A DNA stretch of 64,000 nt from Eledone cirrhosa. Its lineage: Eukaryota. The position numbers and the translations under genes are program-made. The notes under the pieces are model-generated. The model was given only the letters and a program-made list of their open reading frames with translations, was not told the DNA's origin and ran no database searches. Position 1 is the first letter of the stretch. The number at the start of each line of letters is the position of its first letter. This document shows positions 45,124-59,024 of the stretch, one piece after another. Location of the stretch: assembly GCA_964016885.1 (NCBI GenBank), contig OZ024754.1, positions 7,750,001 through 7,814,000 of the forward strand. The letters run 5' to 3'.

Positions 45124-46064
45124 TATACACAGACACATATACACACTCACATATATATATGTGTGTGTGTGCGCACACACACATATGTACACCCACACAC
45201 ACAAATACACATAAACACATACATATGCATACAAGCACACACACACATACATATATCACATAGATACGAAGATAAACATATAAATAGAGAGACATACATA
45301 TATATACACACAACACACATACACACACATACATACACACGCATATACATATACACATATATATACATACATATATTCCTATATATACATGCATACACAT
45401 ATACACACATATATACACATACATACACATATACGTATACACATTCACATACACATACATATATAATGCATATATACACATATATACATACATATACAAC
45501 CTCATATATACACACGCAATCTTACATTCATATTTGCATGCGCATATATGTATTTTTATATTTAGATATAAATACCCAAACCTATATAGACACCTACCTA
45601 CATATATATATTCATACATAGACGCTTACAAATACAGATGATAATAGTATGGGGGAAAGGGGGGGTTTGGAGAAGGGGATCAAAGTAAATATATGTTTCA
45701 AGAAACATAGAAAATTTTCCGTATTTTTATCCAATGTATGTTCTTACATATTTTCAGTGTTAGGAAATACTATGCATCTCAAAATAAATAAGTATATCAT
45801 TAATCATATGTTAACTAAACCAAAGATAGTCAACATATTGATTTCTAAGGTGTAAATTAGTTAGGTTTATAATATTTGAAGCAGAATTTTGAAGTCAAAC
45901 AGTAGTAGATTATTAATTACAGTATAACTAAATTAAAGTTAATAACGTTATGGTATCAATATTAGGAAATGAATTTAGTAATAGGGAAAAAAATAAAATA
46001 AAGTATTACATCGGTAGTAGAATATAAATTATATGTTAACTAAATTAAAAATTATATATTTATT
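43094..46064 (-). repeat. ~2.97-kb inverted copy of 49757-52736
   Basis: Mirror-identical ORF-track peptides (e.g. 43180-43374+ = 52456-52650-; 45649-45855+ = 49966-50172-). Confidence 0.97.
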
Positions 46065-46396
46065 AGACGGCGTATATATGTGTTTGGTATGTATATTTAA
46101 TCTTGATAATTTGTATAATTTTGTATAATTTTGTACATAGATCTGTTGAATATGCATACCAATTATAACACATATATATCCTAGAAACGATCGTTAAATA
46201 ATGAACTTTTTTTGTTTAATATAAGGAATTGTTTGTTCATTATTTGTTTAATATTTTATCTTGACTCTGTATACCGTTTATCTTTCACCGAAAGTCGTTT
46301 TTCATTGCATCTCTTCTTTCCATGATATCCGGAATACATTGAGTTCTTCATACGGATTGGACACTACCGTAAACTCTTGGTAGATTTATCTACATA
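46065..46396 (+). repeat. 5' pseudo-LTR (332-bp direct repeat)
   Basis: Identical to 52542-52873 (agacggcgta...atctacata). Confidence 0.95.
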
Positions 46397-46552
46397 ATTT
46401 TGCTCCTATTTTCACGGAAATATTCATATTTTTGTACTGTATGTGTGTATTAATTTTATATTTATGTATAAACACATATATATATATGTATGATTTTGTA
46501 AACCCATATACATTTAGTTGAGCTCTTTCAATTGTCCATCATCCATATCACA

Positions 46553-48994
46553 ATGGAAAAACAATATTTAGGAACCTCCTTGAAAAACATACCAATACCT
46601 TCTAAGGACGACTTCTTACTCCTTATGATTCAGAAAACTAATAATTTTATCAGAAGGGTTAGATGGAGAGCCTACCACTTCGATAGAAAATCTAAACAAG
46701 CAGATCGGAAATATATGTATGATTTCAATACTTACAAGAATCCACCACATAACTTTTTACTTGAAGACTTCGAGAAAGATCTTTTTAATTTAATTAAACA
46801 CCTCAAATTTAAAAAGTATAAATCCGTCTTTCAAAAGGACCTTGATTCTACCCTATTGGACCTAAAAAAGTCTAAAAAAATCCATGTCCACTCGGACAAA
46901 ACTGGTAATTTGTATCATATGGATATTGAACATTATAACGAGTTCATATATAAAGAACTCAGAAAAAATTATAAAAAATCTAATAATGTGTCACTCACCA
47001 ACATCAACAACAAAACACACAACATAGTAAAAAAACTAAACATTGAAGATAGAACTGAACCTTTGGCATTGAAAAGACCACACTTCAACCTGAAAGATCA
47101 CAAATCTAACTTTAACTCAAATCCTTCTATTAGACTTATATGTCCCTCCAAATCAGATATTGGAATAATTAGCAAAAAAATTTTAGATAGAGTCATCCCA
47201 CAAATAAGAAAACACGTTATTTTACCACTCTGGGAAAACACCTCCCAGGTAATTAACTGGTTTAAAAATATTAGGTGTAAATCTTCTGCTTCTTTCCTAC
47301 AATTTGATATAGATAATTACTATTCTTCTATATCACCTATACTCCTGAACAAAGCATTGATATTTGCTAAAAATAGATCTAATTTAACTTTGGATGACAT
47401 TAACATTATTACACATGCTAGACTAACACTTATTGAATTTCAGAATGAATACTGGACCAGAAACACATACAGTAATCTTTTTGATATTACTATGGGTTCA
47501 AGCGATTCCGCCCAAATTACTGATCTTGTGGGCCTCTTTCTCCTTTTCAACATAAATGCCTCTTTTCCCCACCTCAAAGGTGGTTTATATCGTGATGACT
47601 GTCTTCTTCTTTCTAACAACCTTAGCCTTTCAGAAATCGAAAAAAACAAAAAACATATTAGAACTTTCCTTAAAGACTATTATAATCTTAATATTACTTT
47701 TGAAAAAACAAGTAAAGTAGTAAATTTCCTAGATATAACTTTAGATTTAGCTACGGGCATCTACCAACCTTACCATAAACCTAACCAAAACTTACATTAC
47801 ATACACTCACAATCTAATCACCCTAAATCTATCCTTAAAAACCTTGCATATAATATATCACTTAGAATTTCTAACCTTTCTTCTAACCAAGATGTATTTG
47901 ATAAAAATGCGACCTTCTATAACGAAGCTCTAGATAGAAGTGGCCACAAAAATAGATTAGAGTATATACCTTCTACTAAAAATACTGAAAGCATACAACA
48001 TAATATTACCAACAAACACCAAATGAAAAGTACACACCTAAATGCCACCCACACTATACCCCAAAATACTAAATCTTCTAATATAAAGTATAGTAACTCT
48101 CAAAAAACTACTCATCATACAACTATAATAAATATTAATAATAAAACTCCTAATAAAAATGATAAAACACCTAAATCTACAAATATAACTAAAAATAGTT
48201 GTGGTGTAATCATTAACATTAATCCTCCTAGTAAAAATCACGATACAACCTATAAAAATAATAAAAATAATAAACAACATAGAAACCGTAATAGACGGGT
48301 TACTTGGTATAATGCTCCTTTTAATTTACAAGTTAAGGATAATATTGCTAAAAAATTTTTTTATATCCTTGAGAAAAACTTCCCGCCAAACCACAAATAC
48401 CATCAAATCTTAAATAGGTCTACAGTTAAATTCTCATACTCTACAACAAATAACATAAAACAAAATATAAGTGCATATAATGCATATAAATGTAAGAAAA
48501 CCATAAGTATACCACCAGTACATCAAATTAACCATAATATCTCCTCAAATACAGAATTAACGAAAGGATGTAACTGTAGAAACAAAGCAAACTGCCCATT
48601 AAAAGGGAATTGTCTTGTTAACAACATAGTCTATAAATGTAATGTTAAAACTAAAGATTCTATTTGCTCATATATAGGAGCTACCTCTAACAATTTTAAG
48701 ACAAGGTTTAATACCCACAAGCATAGTTTTAAAAATGCCGCACTGGCTAATACAACATCTCTAGCAGAAAAAATCAATAGTTATAAAAATAAGAATATAA
48801 AATATGATTTGACCTGGAGTGTGCTCAAAAGAGCCACCCCTTATCAAAATAATAGAAATGAATGTAGATTATGTTCCCAAGAACTATTTGAAATAATGAA
48901 GTCTAAGGATATCTTATTAAATAAACGACAGGAATTAATTATATCGTGTAATCATAAACTAAAAAAAACATTTAAATATTATAAACCTAATTAA
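46553..48994 (+). CDS. PLE reverse transcriptase with C-terminal GIY-YIG endonuclease, 813 aa, Naiad-like
   Basis: N-term SLKNIPIPS..FIRRVRWRA; SDKTGN; IRLICP; QFDIDNYY; MGS; LYRDD (47585-47599); VNFLDITL; YHKP; CNC-x4-CPLKGNC linker; IVY..YIG..FKTRF..H; CRLC..E..LLNKR; no internal stops. Confidence 0.95.
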   Translation: MEKQYLGTSLKNIPIPSKDDFLLLMIQKTNNFIRRVRWRAYHFDRKSKQADRKYMYDFNTYKNPPHNFLLEDFEKDLFNLIKHLKFKKYKSVFQKDLDSTLLDLKKSKKIHVHSDKTGNLYHMDIEHYNEFIYKELRKNYKKSNNVSLTNINNKTHNIVKKLNIEDRTEPLALKRPHFNLKDHKSNFNSNPSIRLICPSKSDIGIISKKILDRVIPQIRKHVILPLWENTSQVINWFKNIRCKSSASFLQFDIDNYYSSISPILLNKALIFAKNRSNLTLDDINIITHARLTLIEFQNEYWTRNTYSNLFDITMGSSDSAQITDLVGLFLLFNINASFPHLKGGLYRDDCLLLSNNLSLSEIEKNKKHIRTFLKDYYNLNITFEKTSKVVNFLDITLDLATGIYQPYHKPNQNLHYIHSQSNHPKSILKNLAYNISLRISNLSSNQDVFDKNATFYNEALDRSGHKNRLEYIPSTKNTESIQHNITNKHQMKSTHLNATHTIPQNTKSSNIKYSNSQKTTHHTTIININNKTPNKNDKTPKSTNITKNSCGVIININPPSKNHDTTYKNNKNNKQHRNRNRRVTWYNAPFNLQVKDNIAKKFFYILEKNFPPNHKYHQILNRSTVKFSYSTTNNIKQNISAYNAYKCKKTISIPPVHQINHNISSNTELTKGCNCRNKANCPLKGNCLVNNIVYKCNVKTKDSICSYIGATSNNFKTRFNTHKHSFKNAALANTTSLAEKINSYKNKNIKYDLTWSVLKRATPYQNNRNECRLCSQELFEIMKSKDILLNKRQELIISCNHKLKKTFKYYKPN

Positions 48995-49552
48995 TAACAT
49001 TATTTTAGAAATTAATATATAATTTAATTTAAATGTTAGTTAACCTATAAATTTAATTTAATTAATATTTTATTACAGATGAGAATATAAAATATTATGT
49101 AATCATAAATTGTGAAAAACCTTTAAATATTACTAATATATACTTAATAATTTAATTTATAGATTAATTTTAATTTATTTAAACCTTTTATTATAACTCT
49201 TTTACAGATAAAATATAACAAAATAATATCGTGTATCCAATGACAGAGAAATAATTTTTAGTATTATAGACCTAATTAATATACATTTTAGAAATATATT
49301 TATTATTTGGTTTTAGTTTTAATCAACCTAAAAATTTTAAATTTTAATTTTAATTTGTTTAAAATTAGTATCCTCATACAGACGAATTGCAGAATGTCAT
49401 GTAATCATAGAATGGGATGCGTTTTGGATATATACCTAGTTAATATATTCTATGCAAATTTTTTTTTTTTTTTTTTTTTTTTTTGAAAAAGATATGTATA
49501 TGTATACGTGTATGTGTATGTGTGTGTGTGTATGTGCATGTGTATGTATGTA

Positions 49553-49594
<42 letters not shown>

Positions 49595-50697
49595 CATATA
49601 TGTGTGTGTGTATATGTATGTATATGTGTAAGTGTATGTATATGTATATGTATGCGTATTAATTTTGATTTCTATTTGCATATAATTATATTATGCTATT
49701 GATGAAATACAGTATCTGCTTTATGTATTGTATACCTAATTAACATATACTATTGAAATAAATATATAATTTTTAATTTAGTTAACATATAATTTATATT
49801 CTACTACCGATGTAATACTTTATTTTATTTTTTTCCCTATTACTAAATTCATTTCCTAATATTGATACCATAACGTTATTAACTTTAATTTAGTTATACT
49901 GTAATTAATAATCTACTACTGTTTGACTTCAAAATTCTGCTTCAAATATTATAAACCTAACTAATTTACACCTTAGAAATCAATATGTTGACTATCTTTG
50001 GTTTAGTTAACATATGATTAATGATATACTTATTTATTTTGAGATGCATAGTATTTCCTAACACTGAAAATATGTAAGAACATACATTGGATAAAAATAC
50101 GGAAAATTTTCTATGTTTCTTGAAACATATATTTACTTTGATCCCCTTCTCCAAACCCCCCCTTTCCCCCATACTATTATCATCTGTATTTGTAAGCGTC
50201 TATGTATGAATATATATATGTAGGTAGGTGTCTATATAGGTTTGGGTATTTATATCTAAATATAAAAATACATATATGCGCATGCAAATATGAATGTAAG
50301 ATTGCGTGTGTATATATGAGGTTGTATATGTATGTATATATGTGTATATATGCATTATATATGTATGTGTATGTGAATGTGTATACGTATATGTGTATGT
50401 ATGTGTATATATGTGTGTATATGTGTATGCATGTATATATAGGAATATATGTATGTATATATATGTGTATATGTATATGCGTGTGTATGTATGTGTGTGT
50501 ATGTGTGTTGTGTGTATATATATGTATGTCTCTCTATTTATATGTTTATCTTCGTATCTATGTGATATATGTATGTGTGTGTGTGCTTGTATGCATATGT
50601 ATGTGTTTATGTGTATTTGTGTGTGTGGGTGTACATATGTGTGTGTGCGCACACACACACATATATATATGTGAGTGTGTATATGTGTCTGTGTATA

Positions 50698-50779
<82 letters not shown>

Positions 50780-50869
50780 TGTCTATGTGTGAATATATGT
50801 CTTTATTAGTATGTGTGTATTTATGTATGTATATGTTTATATGTATGTATGTATGTGTATGTATGTATG

Positions 50870-50908
<39 letters not shown>

Positions 50909-51040
50909 ATATATATTATTCTTTATTATTATAATATAACTTATGTGTATGTATGTATAAGGGAGGTTGTGTACGTGTTTATAATATGTGTATATATAAG
51001 TGTAATTAATGTATATATATATGTGCATGTCTGTTTTTTA

Positions 51041-51081
<41 letters not shown>

Positions 51082-51663
51082 GTGTGTATATATATATATA
51101 TATATATGTGGGTGTTTGTATGTGTATTTATGGTGGTATGAGTGTGTGGATATCTATGTGTATATATATATATATATATGTATGAGTGTATGTGTGTGAA
51201 TATATATATGTATATATATATGTATATGTAAGTGTATATATATATATGGGTATATATATATGTGTATGTATGTGTCTCTATATATATATATCTCTATTAA
51301 TGCGTGTGTGTATGTATATACATATGCCTTTTTATTATTATTTTTATTTGTATGTCTGAGTTAGATGAGGTTGTAGTTTTTTTTCATGTATATATGCATA
51401 TATAGATGCGTATGTATTTGTATATATGAGTATAAGTAAGTGCATAAGTATGTATGATTATATATCTAATTCTATGTATGAATATACATGTATATATATA
51501 TGTGTGTATGTAAGTTGTGTGTGTATGTATCTACATGTCTATGTGTGTGTATATATATATATGTATATATATATATATGTATATCGATGTGCGTATATGT
51601 ATGTACATGTATGTACATGTATGTGTGTATGTATGTGTATGTATATTTAGATGTATGTGTGTG

Positions 51664-51718
<55 letters not shown>

Positions 51719-52527
51719 ATATATATATATAGATATATATCTTTATTATTTATTTTTATATATATGTGTATGTGTGTATGTGTTGCGTGTGTGTGTGTGT
51801 GTGTATATATATATCTTTATATATGTGTATGTGTATGTTTGTGTAAGTCTATGTGTGTGTATGACTGTATATGTATGTGTGTATGTGTGTATGCGTAAAT
51901 ATTTCTATGTGTGCGTACATGTATGTATGTGTATATATCTGTATGTGTATGTATATTATATTATATTTATTATATTTTATTGTTTTATTTTTTTATTTTT
52001 CTTAATTTATAGATACATTTATATTAGACAGTTTGCTCAGACAGTTGAATACTGACCCCTCCCCCCCCTCCCACCTAATTTCTGTATCTTGATCTAGAAA
52101 TGTGTGTGCCAGTGTTTTATGTGAGTGTATTAATATCCATTTGCTTATGATTTTATATCCACATATATAAATGTGAGTGGGGGTGTGTGTGTGTTTGTAT
52201 GTTCGTGGTTATGTGTATATTTATGCATATACGCGCGTGTATGTGTGATTGTACTGATAAGTGTGAGTATGAAAAAATATATTTATATACTTGATTTCAT
52301 AAGTATCTTATCTGCGCATGGTAAGCTCACAGAGACATTAACCTTGAAATTTCGTATTTGCATCCATCATTTTAGTATGCGTATACAAATTATACATACA
52401 TTTTTGTAAAATATGTGTAAGGGTTTTACATGTATATACACACACCGAACTGCATTTAACCCTTTATGTTTTCATTGGTCAATTTTGAACTGAAATTTTG
52501 AATTGTTGTTATTATCAATAAATATAC

Positions 52528-52682
52528 TTCATTATTTCTGAAGACGGCGTATATATGTGTTTGGTATGTATATTTAATCTTGATAATTTGTATAATTTTG
52601 TATAATTTTGTACATAGATCTGTTGAATATGCATACCAATTATAACACATATATATCCTAGAAACGATCGTTAAATAATGAA
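52528..52682 (+). ncRNA. Hammerhead ribozyme of the Naiad pLTR with ~115-nt stem II
   Basis: ttcattattt-CTGAAGA(52538)-[long hairpin]-GAAA(52661)-cgatcg-TT-aaataatgaa; 10-bp stem I. Confidence 0.8.
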
Positions 52683-52873
52683 CTTTTTTTGTTTAATATA
52701 AGGAATTGTTTGTTCATTATTTGTTTAATATTTTATCTTGACTCTGTATACCGTTTATCTTTCACCGAAAGTCGTTTTTCATTGCATCTCTTCTTTCCAT
52801 GATATCCGGAATACATTGAGTTCTTCATACGGATTGGACACTACCGTAAACTCTTGGTAGATTTATCTACATA
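52542..52873 (+). repeat. 3' pseudo-LTR including a 137-nt tail beyond the inversion point
   Basis: Direct repeat of 46065-46396. Confidence 0.95.
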
Positions 52874-52900
52874 TATATACATATATATACATATATATAC

Positions 52901-52953
<53 letters not shown>

Positions 52954-53350
52954 CATATATACATATATATATATACATATATACATATACATATATATAC
53001 ATATATATATATATATACATATATATACATATATATATATATATACATATATATACATATATATATATCTAAACATATATATACATATACATATATATAT
53101 ATATACATATACATATATATATATATACATATACATATATATACATATACATATATATATACATATACATTTATATATACATTTATATACGTATATATAC
53201 ATATACACATATATATACATATACACATATACATATATATACATATATACATATACACATATACATATATACATACATATACACATATACATATATACAT
53301 ATATATACATATACATATACATACATATACATATATACATATATATATAT

Positions 53351-53422
<72 letters not shown>
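52874..53422. repeat. (TA)n/(CA) array, right flank of the PLE
   Basis: Microsatellite. Confidence 0.95.
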
Positions 53423-53423
<1 letters not shown>

Positions 53424-54213
53424 AAGAGAGAGAGAGAGATAAACAGAGAGAGAAAGAGACCAGCTGTGTATTTCGTTTATTGGAAGACATCTATTTATGT
53501 TTGAGTAACACTGTCATAGTATATCAAGCAGGTCAGAACAGAAAGGGTTGATTTTAAAGAGAGTTATATTCACTAGTATTTGCTACAGTCATCAACACAT
53601 CAAAGCATTAACACTGAATTACCTACTAACAGCTCAACAGCCATCAATATAATAATTAGTTTATAACCGAGATATAATGTTGTTTGTAAGAATTAATGAC
53701 ATAATGATTAGTGATTTTATGCACAAGGTCAGCAACTTTGCAGGACGATAAGGTTGATCATTGGTTGGATTTTAGTTTAAATGTCGCAAAAAGATGCCTC
53801 TGATTCTATCACTGTCAATCAGAAAAATAAACACTATTTTCCCATATGAATACAGTGATTTCATCCTTAGTTTATGAGTATAAAACACCGGCAATACCAA
53901 ATACAATCAATATATTTTTCGTCAATTACTATTATATTGATATTAATCATAGCGAAATGAAAGGATATGTTTTGTTTGTGTATCCCAAACAGAATGGCAA
54001 TAAACAGTATTTGTAAGAGGTTACTGAATATTTGTTGGATAAGCCTCGTACAAATTATATGTATATATAGTTAATGTATATATGTATATATATATACATA
54101 TATATATGTATATATGTATATATAGTTAATGTATATATTCTCTCTCACACACACATACACACACAAAGACTAGTTCTAACACATATATATATATACACAT
54201 ACATAGGTATTAC

Positions 54214-54254
<41 letters not shown>

Positions 54255-54313
54255 CACATACACATGTATTACATATATATATATACACATACACATGTAT
54301 TACACACACACTC

Positions 54314-54345
<32 letters not shown>

Positions 54346-55190
54346 CTATGTCTATATATACAGAAAACTGTGTGCGTGTTTGTGTTCATACAGACATACT
54401 ACATACAACGAAAAAACTGCATGCAAACACGTACGCACAGGCTTCCATACTTTGGAATATATTGGGCAAACGAATGACGTGATTCTAAATGAAATATGAA
54501 ACATTTCAATGGATTGACTGTGTCAGAAATATAGAGAAAGCGAATACAAACATGGAATTCAAACATAAATGTATTGTTTAGTAGGACATTCACTTCTTAT
54601 TTAATATATTTAGAATTTCAAAAGTCAGCAAATACGAAAACTTCTTAAAAGCTTATCGTGGATGCTAAGATAAATGTGTTTCAATATAGCTAATACATTA
54701 AAATATAGTACAATTTTATTACTTAACCGAGAGTTGTTTTTTGCCTTTTACGATGTGAAATCTAAGCAAACTGATGCTCACCAGACTTATAATTATAGAA
54801 GCTTTTACATTTCAATCGGCTGTAGGTTTCTACTATAACAATTCCCTTCTTAATCCTAGTTCACTGGAAAACTATCACCATACATATGGTTATGTATATA
54901 TATATACATAAATATATATAACCATATGTATTCGTAAATAAAATCAAATATATTTTCCCAAATATATATATATAGTAAATGAGTAAATTTGACCCATATT
55001 CAAGTTTGAAATTTAACTCGGTTTACATTACTTTTGTCTGATCTTTAAATTTAATAATATATTGAAATATGTGGTTCACGTTTGAAATAGCTAACTACAG
55101 ATATAGCCATACCTACTAATTCTATATAGCCTTAATTTTGTATTTTTACCTTCCTATGAATTCCTAATATAGTTTATATATATAGTTTAC

Positions 55191-55245
<55 letters not shown>

Positions 55246-55570
55246 GAGAAATGGCTTCTACAGGACTAGAAATGTTTCATTCGGAGGAATTCATCCTAAT
55301 GATTTCCTCCGAATGTAACAGTTCTAGTCCTGTAGAAGACATTTCTCTCTCTCTCTCTCTATATATATATATTTTAAATCGTCTAACTTAAGTCAACGAC
55401 TATTTATTTCATTCAAACTCACCAACAATTACGGAAATAATCGATAAAAGTAAATACATCACGCTTTACCCCTCTAATACAATCTGATTTACTCTCTCTA
55501 CTCACCTTAAAATTCGATAAAAATACATACATGTGGCAACGTTCTCTTATATACGATTAAACTTACAAAC

Positions 55571-55657
<87 letters not shown>

Positions 55658-55959
55658 ACGTTTGTTTTTGAGTGTGGAACGGTCAAACATTTATTTACTT
55701 CAATGACAAAGAGAACTTATTACATTTCATACGAAACAACAATTATTCAAAAGCAACAGATAAATGTATTCAACAACAAAAATAGCGATAAATCTTTTTT
55801 GAAAATCTATCAACGAACGTGGAAGAAAGAAGTATCAATTTATTTACTATACACAATAATATCCTCTATGAGGTCACTAAACCTGCTAGAAACAGCAGCT
55901 AACTCTCCCCCATAACACACCCTTCCCTACTGTCTTAAATTTAGAAAACACACATTAGA

Positions 55960-56249
55960 CAACCATGCAGAACAACTCCATCGCAGCTCTGTTGTTCGGC
56001 TGGCATCGTCTACGTGCGTGTTGCGCAAGTACTGTGAAACAATAAATTTCAACACTTCTTTGCACAGAGATAATATCCATAGGCGAAATTACAATTTTCA
56101 CTGCTGGTACAGCTCCTGCTTCGGCAGTCCAGGCCTGCAATTCATTCACCAAGTGCCTGGCAGACAAAAAAGTGGTGCCATAAAATGGGTGGTGCAACCT
56201 AATTTTGGTAACTTACTGACCCCGAGCAACGCCGGGCTTTAATGCTAGT
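55960..56249 (+). mobile_element. Helitron-like 3' end
   Basis: cccgagcaacgccggg hairpin followed by GCTAG|T. Confidence 0.55.
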
Positions 56250-57937
56250 ATATATATATATATGGCTAAATGAACATGTCTGCTTTTTCTAGAAGAAATG
56301 TCTTTCGTTTCTACCTTTTCTCACTCTAACCTATCTTTCTAATTCTTCTTCATTTCTCACTCCATTTTCTGATGAAGGAATATCGCCTGAAACCTTAAGA
56401 CTGTTTATACTATGTTAAACGGGAAACTAATATATATATATATATATATATATAGGAAAATGTTTAATCCCGGCGGCAGAGCTGAAGCCGTTTTCGACGG
56501 TCCAGAAATAGTCGTCGAAATTAATTTATTATAAATTTAATTTATAATAAATTGAAGTGAAAGCAACTGGTGCGTGTGTTTCTTATTGGCAACATGACCT
56601 TCCCAAAGTATAACAATATCGGTTTCAACACACGTTTTCAGATAAAGAATATTGCTAAATATATTCAGAAACAACATATATATATATATATTAAACTTCC
56701 ATTAACTGTAAGCTTATTCTCTAAACCATTCAAAAGTTTTTTCCTTATTTCAGGAGCCAATGTCAGCATAAAAATTTGAAATTTACATGTATTCTGGCAA
56801 TATTCCTCTTTTTACAATCAACATTTTTATAATAATATTTTGTTTGCAATGTTTTTTTTTTTTTATCCTAAAGTATATTCTTTAGTAGACATATATCATT
56901 TCATTTCTTTTCTCTTTTCATTTTAAATTTGATTAATGACATTCCTAGCGTTATTCCCTGACTGTAAAAATTCTAAATGAACAATCCGAACCTTCTTTAA
57001 AGTGTCACTGAGACTACAAGTATGAGAGATAAAAGCCAATACATAAAATATTGCATTTCCTTTGCAGATGATTACATTTCTGTAGGAGTAAAGTAAAAAC
57101 ATTGTCCAGCATAGAATATATATCTAAGATCAAACGGAGCTTTCTAGTACTTGTAAAGCATCAAAAGATATGGTGAGAAATAATGTGAGAGAAATCTATA
57201 AAACAATACGAACAGAATTGAATCTGAACATCAAAAATATAAACTGTATTTTAATAATACAGAATATATAAAAATAATAATTAAATAAATATAAACATTA
57301 TTTTCAATTCCGACAAGATGGAATATATTGAAGCAGTACAAATGAAATATAAAAATTTAGTCAATGTGAAGATTGCTTTATAGATTTATGATAGATTTAA
57401 TAAAATACTGTTGATGCTGAGTAAGGATGGAAGGCAGAAGAAGAGACATTGCCAAGCGGAATGGTATTTCATTTTGACGTATTCTCACAATTTTTAAAAC
57501 CTGGCTTATTTTCATAATATTTTTTCTATGTTTAAAACGACATTTCTTTAAAGAAATAGACTATAAAAGGCTATATATGTATGGACCTGTAACTCCGCCA
57601 TCTTGCTTGACATATAGCGTCTCTAGGGTATTGTTAAAGCTGGTGAAGCCCAGGTACTCCCCATGTCTGATTACAGCAGATTTCTTCCAAAGTAGGATAA
57701 AGAGTGATAAAAGGGAAATGAAAAAAAGGTATAGAGGAATAATCGACCCCAGTATTAGACTGGTACTTTTTATCGACCTGTAATACATGACTATATCGAT
57801 TTATTGATTGGTTTGACTCATTCTCCGAATCAGAAACTGCACGAATAAACAGATAATTATGACCATCGCAAGCCTATGAATTCCTAATAGTTATATAATT
57901 GCTATGCCATTAATGACAGCATATATATATATATGTA

Positions 57938-58115
57938 GGGGCTCCCACATGGACACACTAGAAGAGGAAGACCAAGGTTAACGTATGTTGATGCTCTAAG
58001 GACAGACACTGGTCTGTTGGAGATGCAGGACATGGCAGTGATAATGAGGGACAGAGACCACTGGAGAGAACTCGTCCATGGATCTCGGGAATTTTAACCG
58101 TCTTAGATAGATAGA
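57938..58115 (+). mobile_element. 3' end of an RTE-type LINE, copy 2
   Basis: HGHTRRGRPRLTYVDAL..MRDRDHWRELV; (TAGA)n tail. Confidence 0.8.
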
Positions 58116-58124
58116 TATATATAT

Positions 58125-58863
<739 letters not shown>

Positions 58864-58990
58864 GTTTACATATATATAAATTCATAGATTTATATGTGTT
58901 TTGCATAATTGATTTTTTATATGGTTAATTATACTAATTGGGAGAGGAAATAGTATATATTATATCTAATGATTCTAAAGACATGTTTTA

Positions 58991-59024
<34 letters not shown>

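Larger units (their letters stand above)
43094..52873 (+). mobile_element. Complete Penelope-like retroelement (Naiad-type) with 5' inverted segment
   Basis: Inverted copy, pLTR, ORF, 3' UTR, pLTR; flanked by (TA)n on both sides. Confidence 0.92.

Noticed and set aside
46553-48994. Selenoprotein-type Naiad with in-frame UGA
   Set aside because: The ORF has no in-frame TGA and ends in TAA; Cys codons occupy the motif positions
43094-52736. DNA transposon or Polinton with 3-kb TIRs
   Set aside because: The enclosed ORF is RT plus GIY-YIG, and the right arm continues into a direct-repeat pLTR tail
57561-57788. Host exon (HGEYLGFTSFNNTLETLYVKQDGGVTG) or YY1-like ccgccatctt site
   Set aside because: No recognisable domain, weak splice sites and no partner exons
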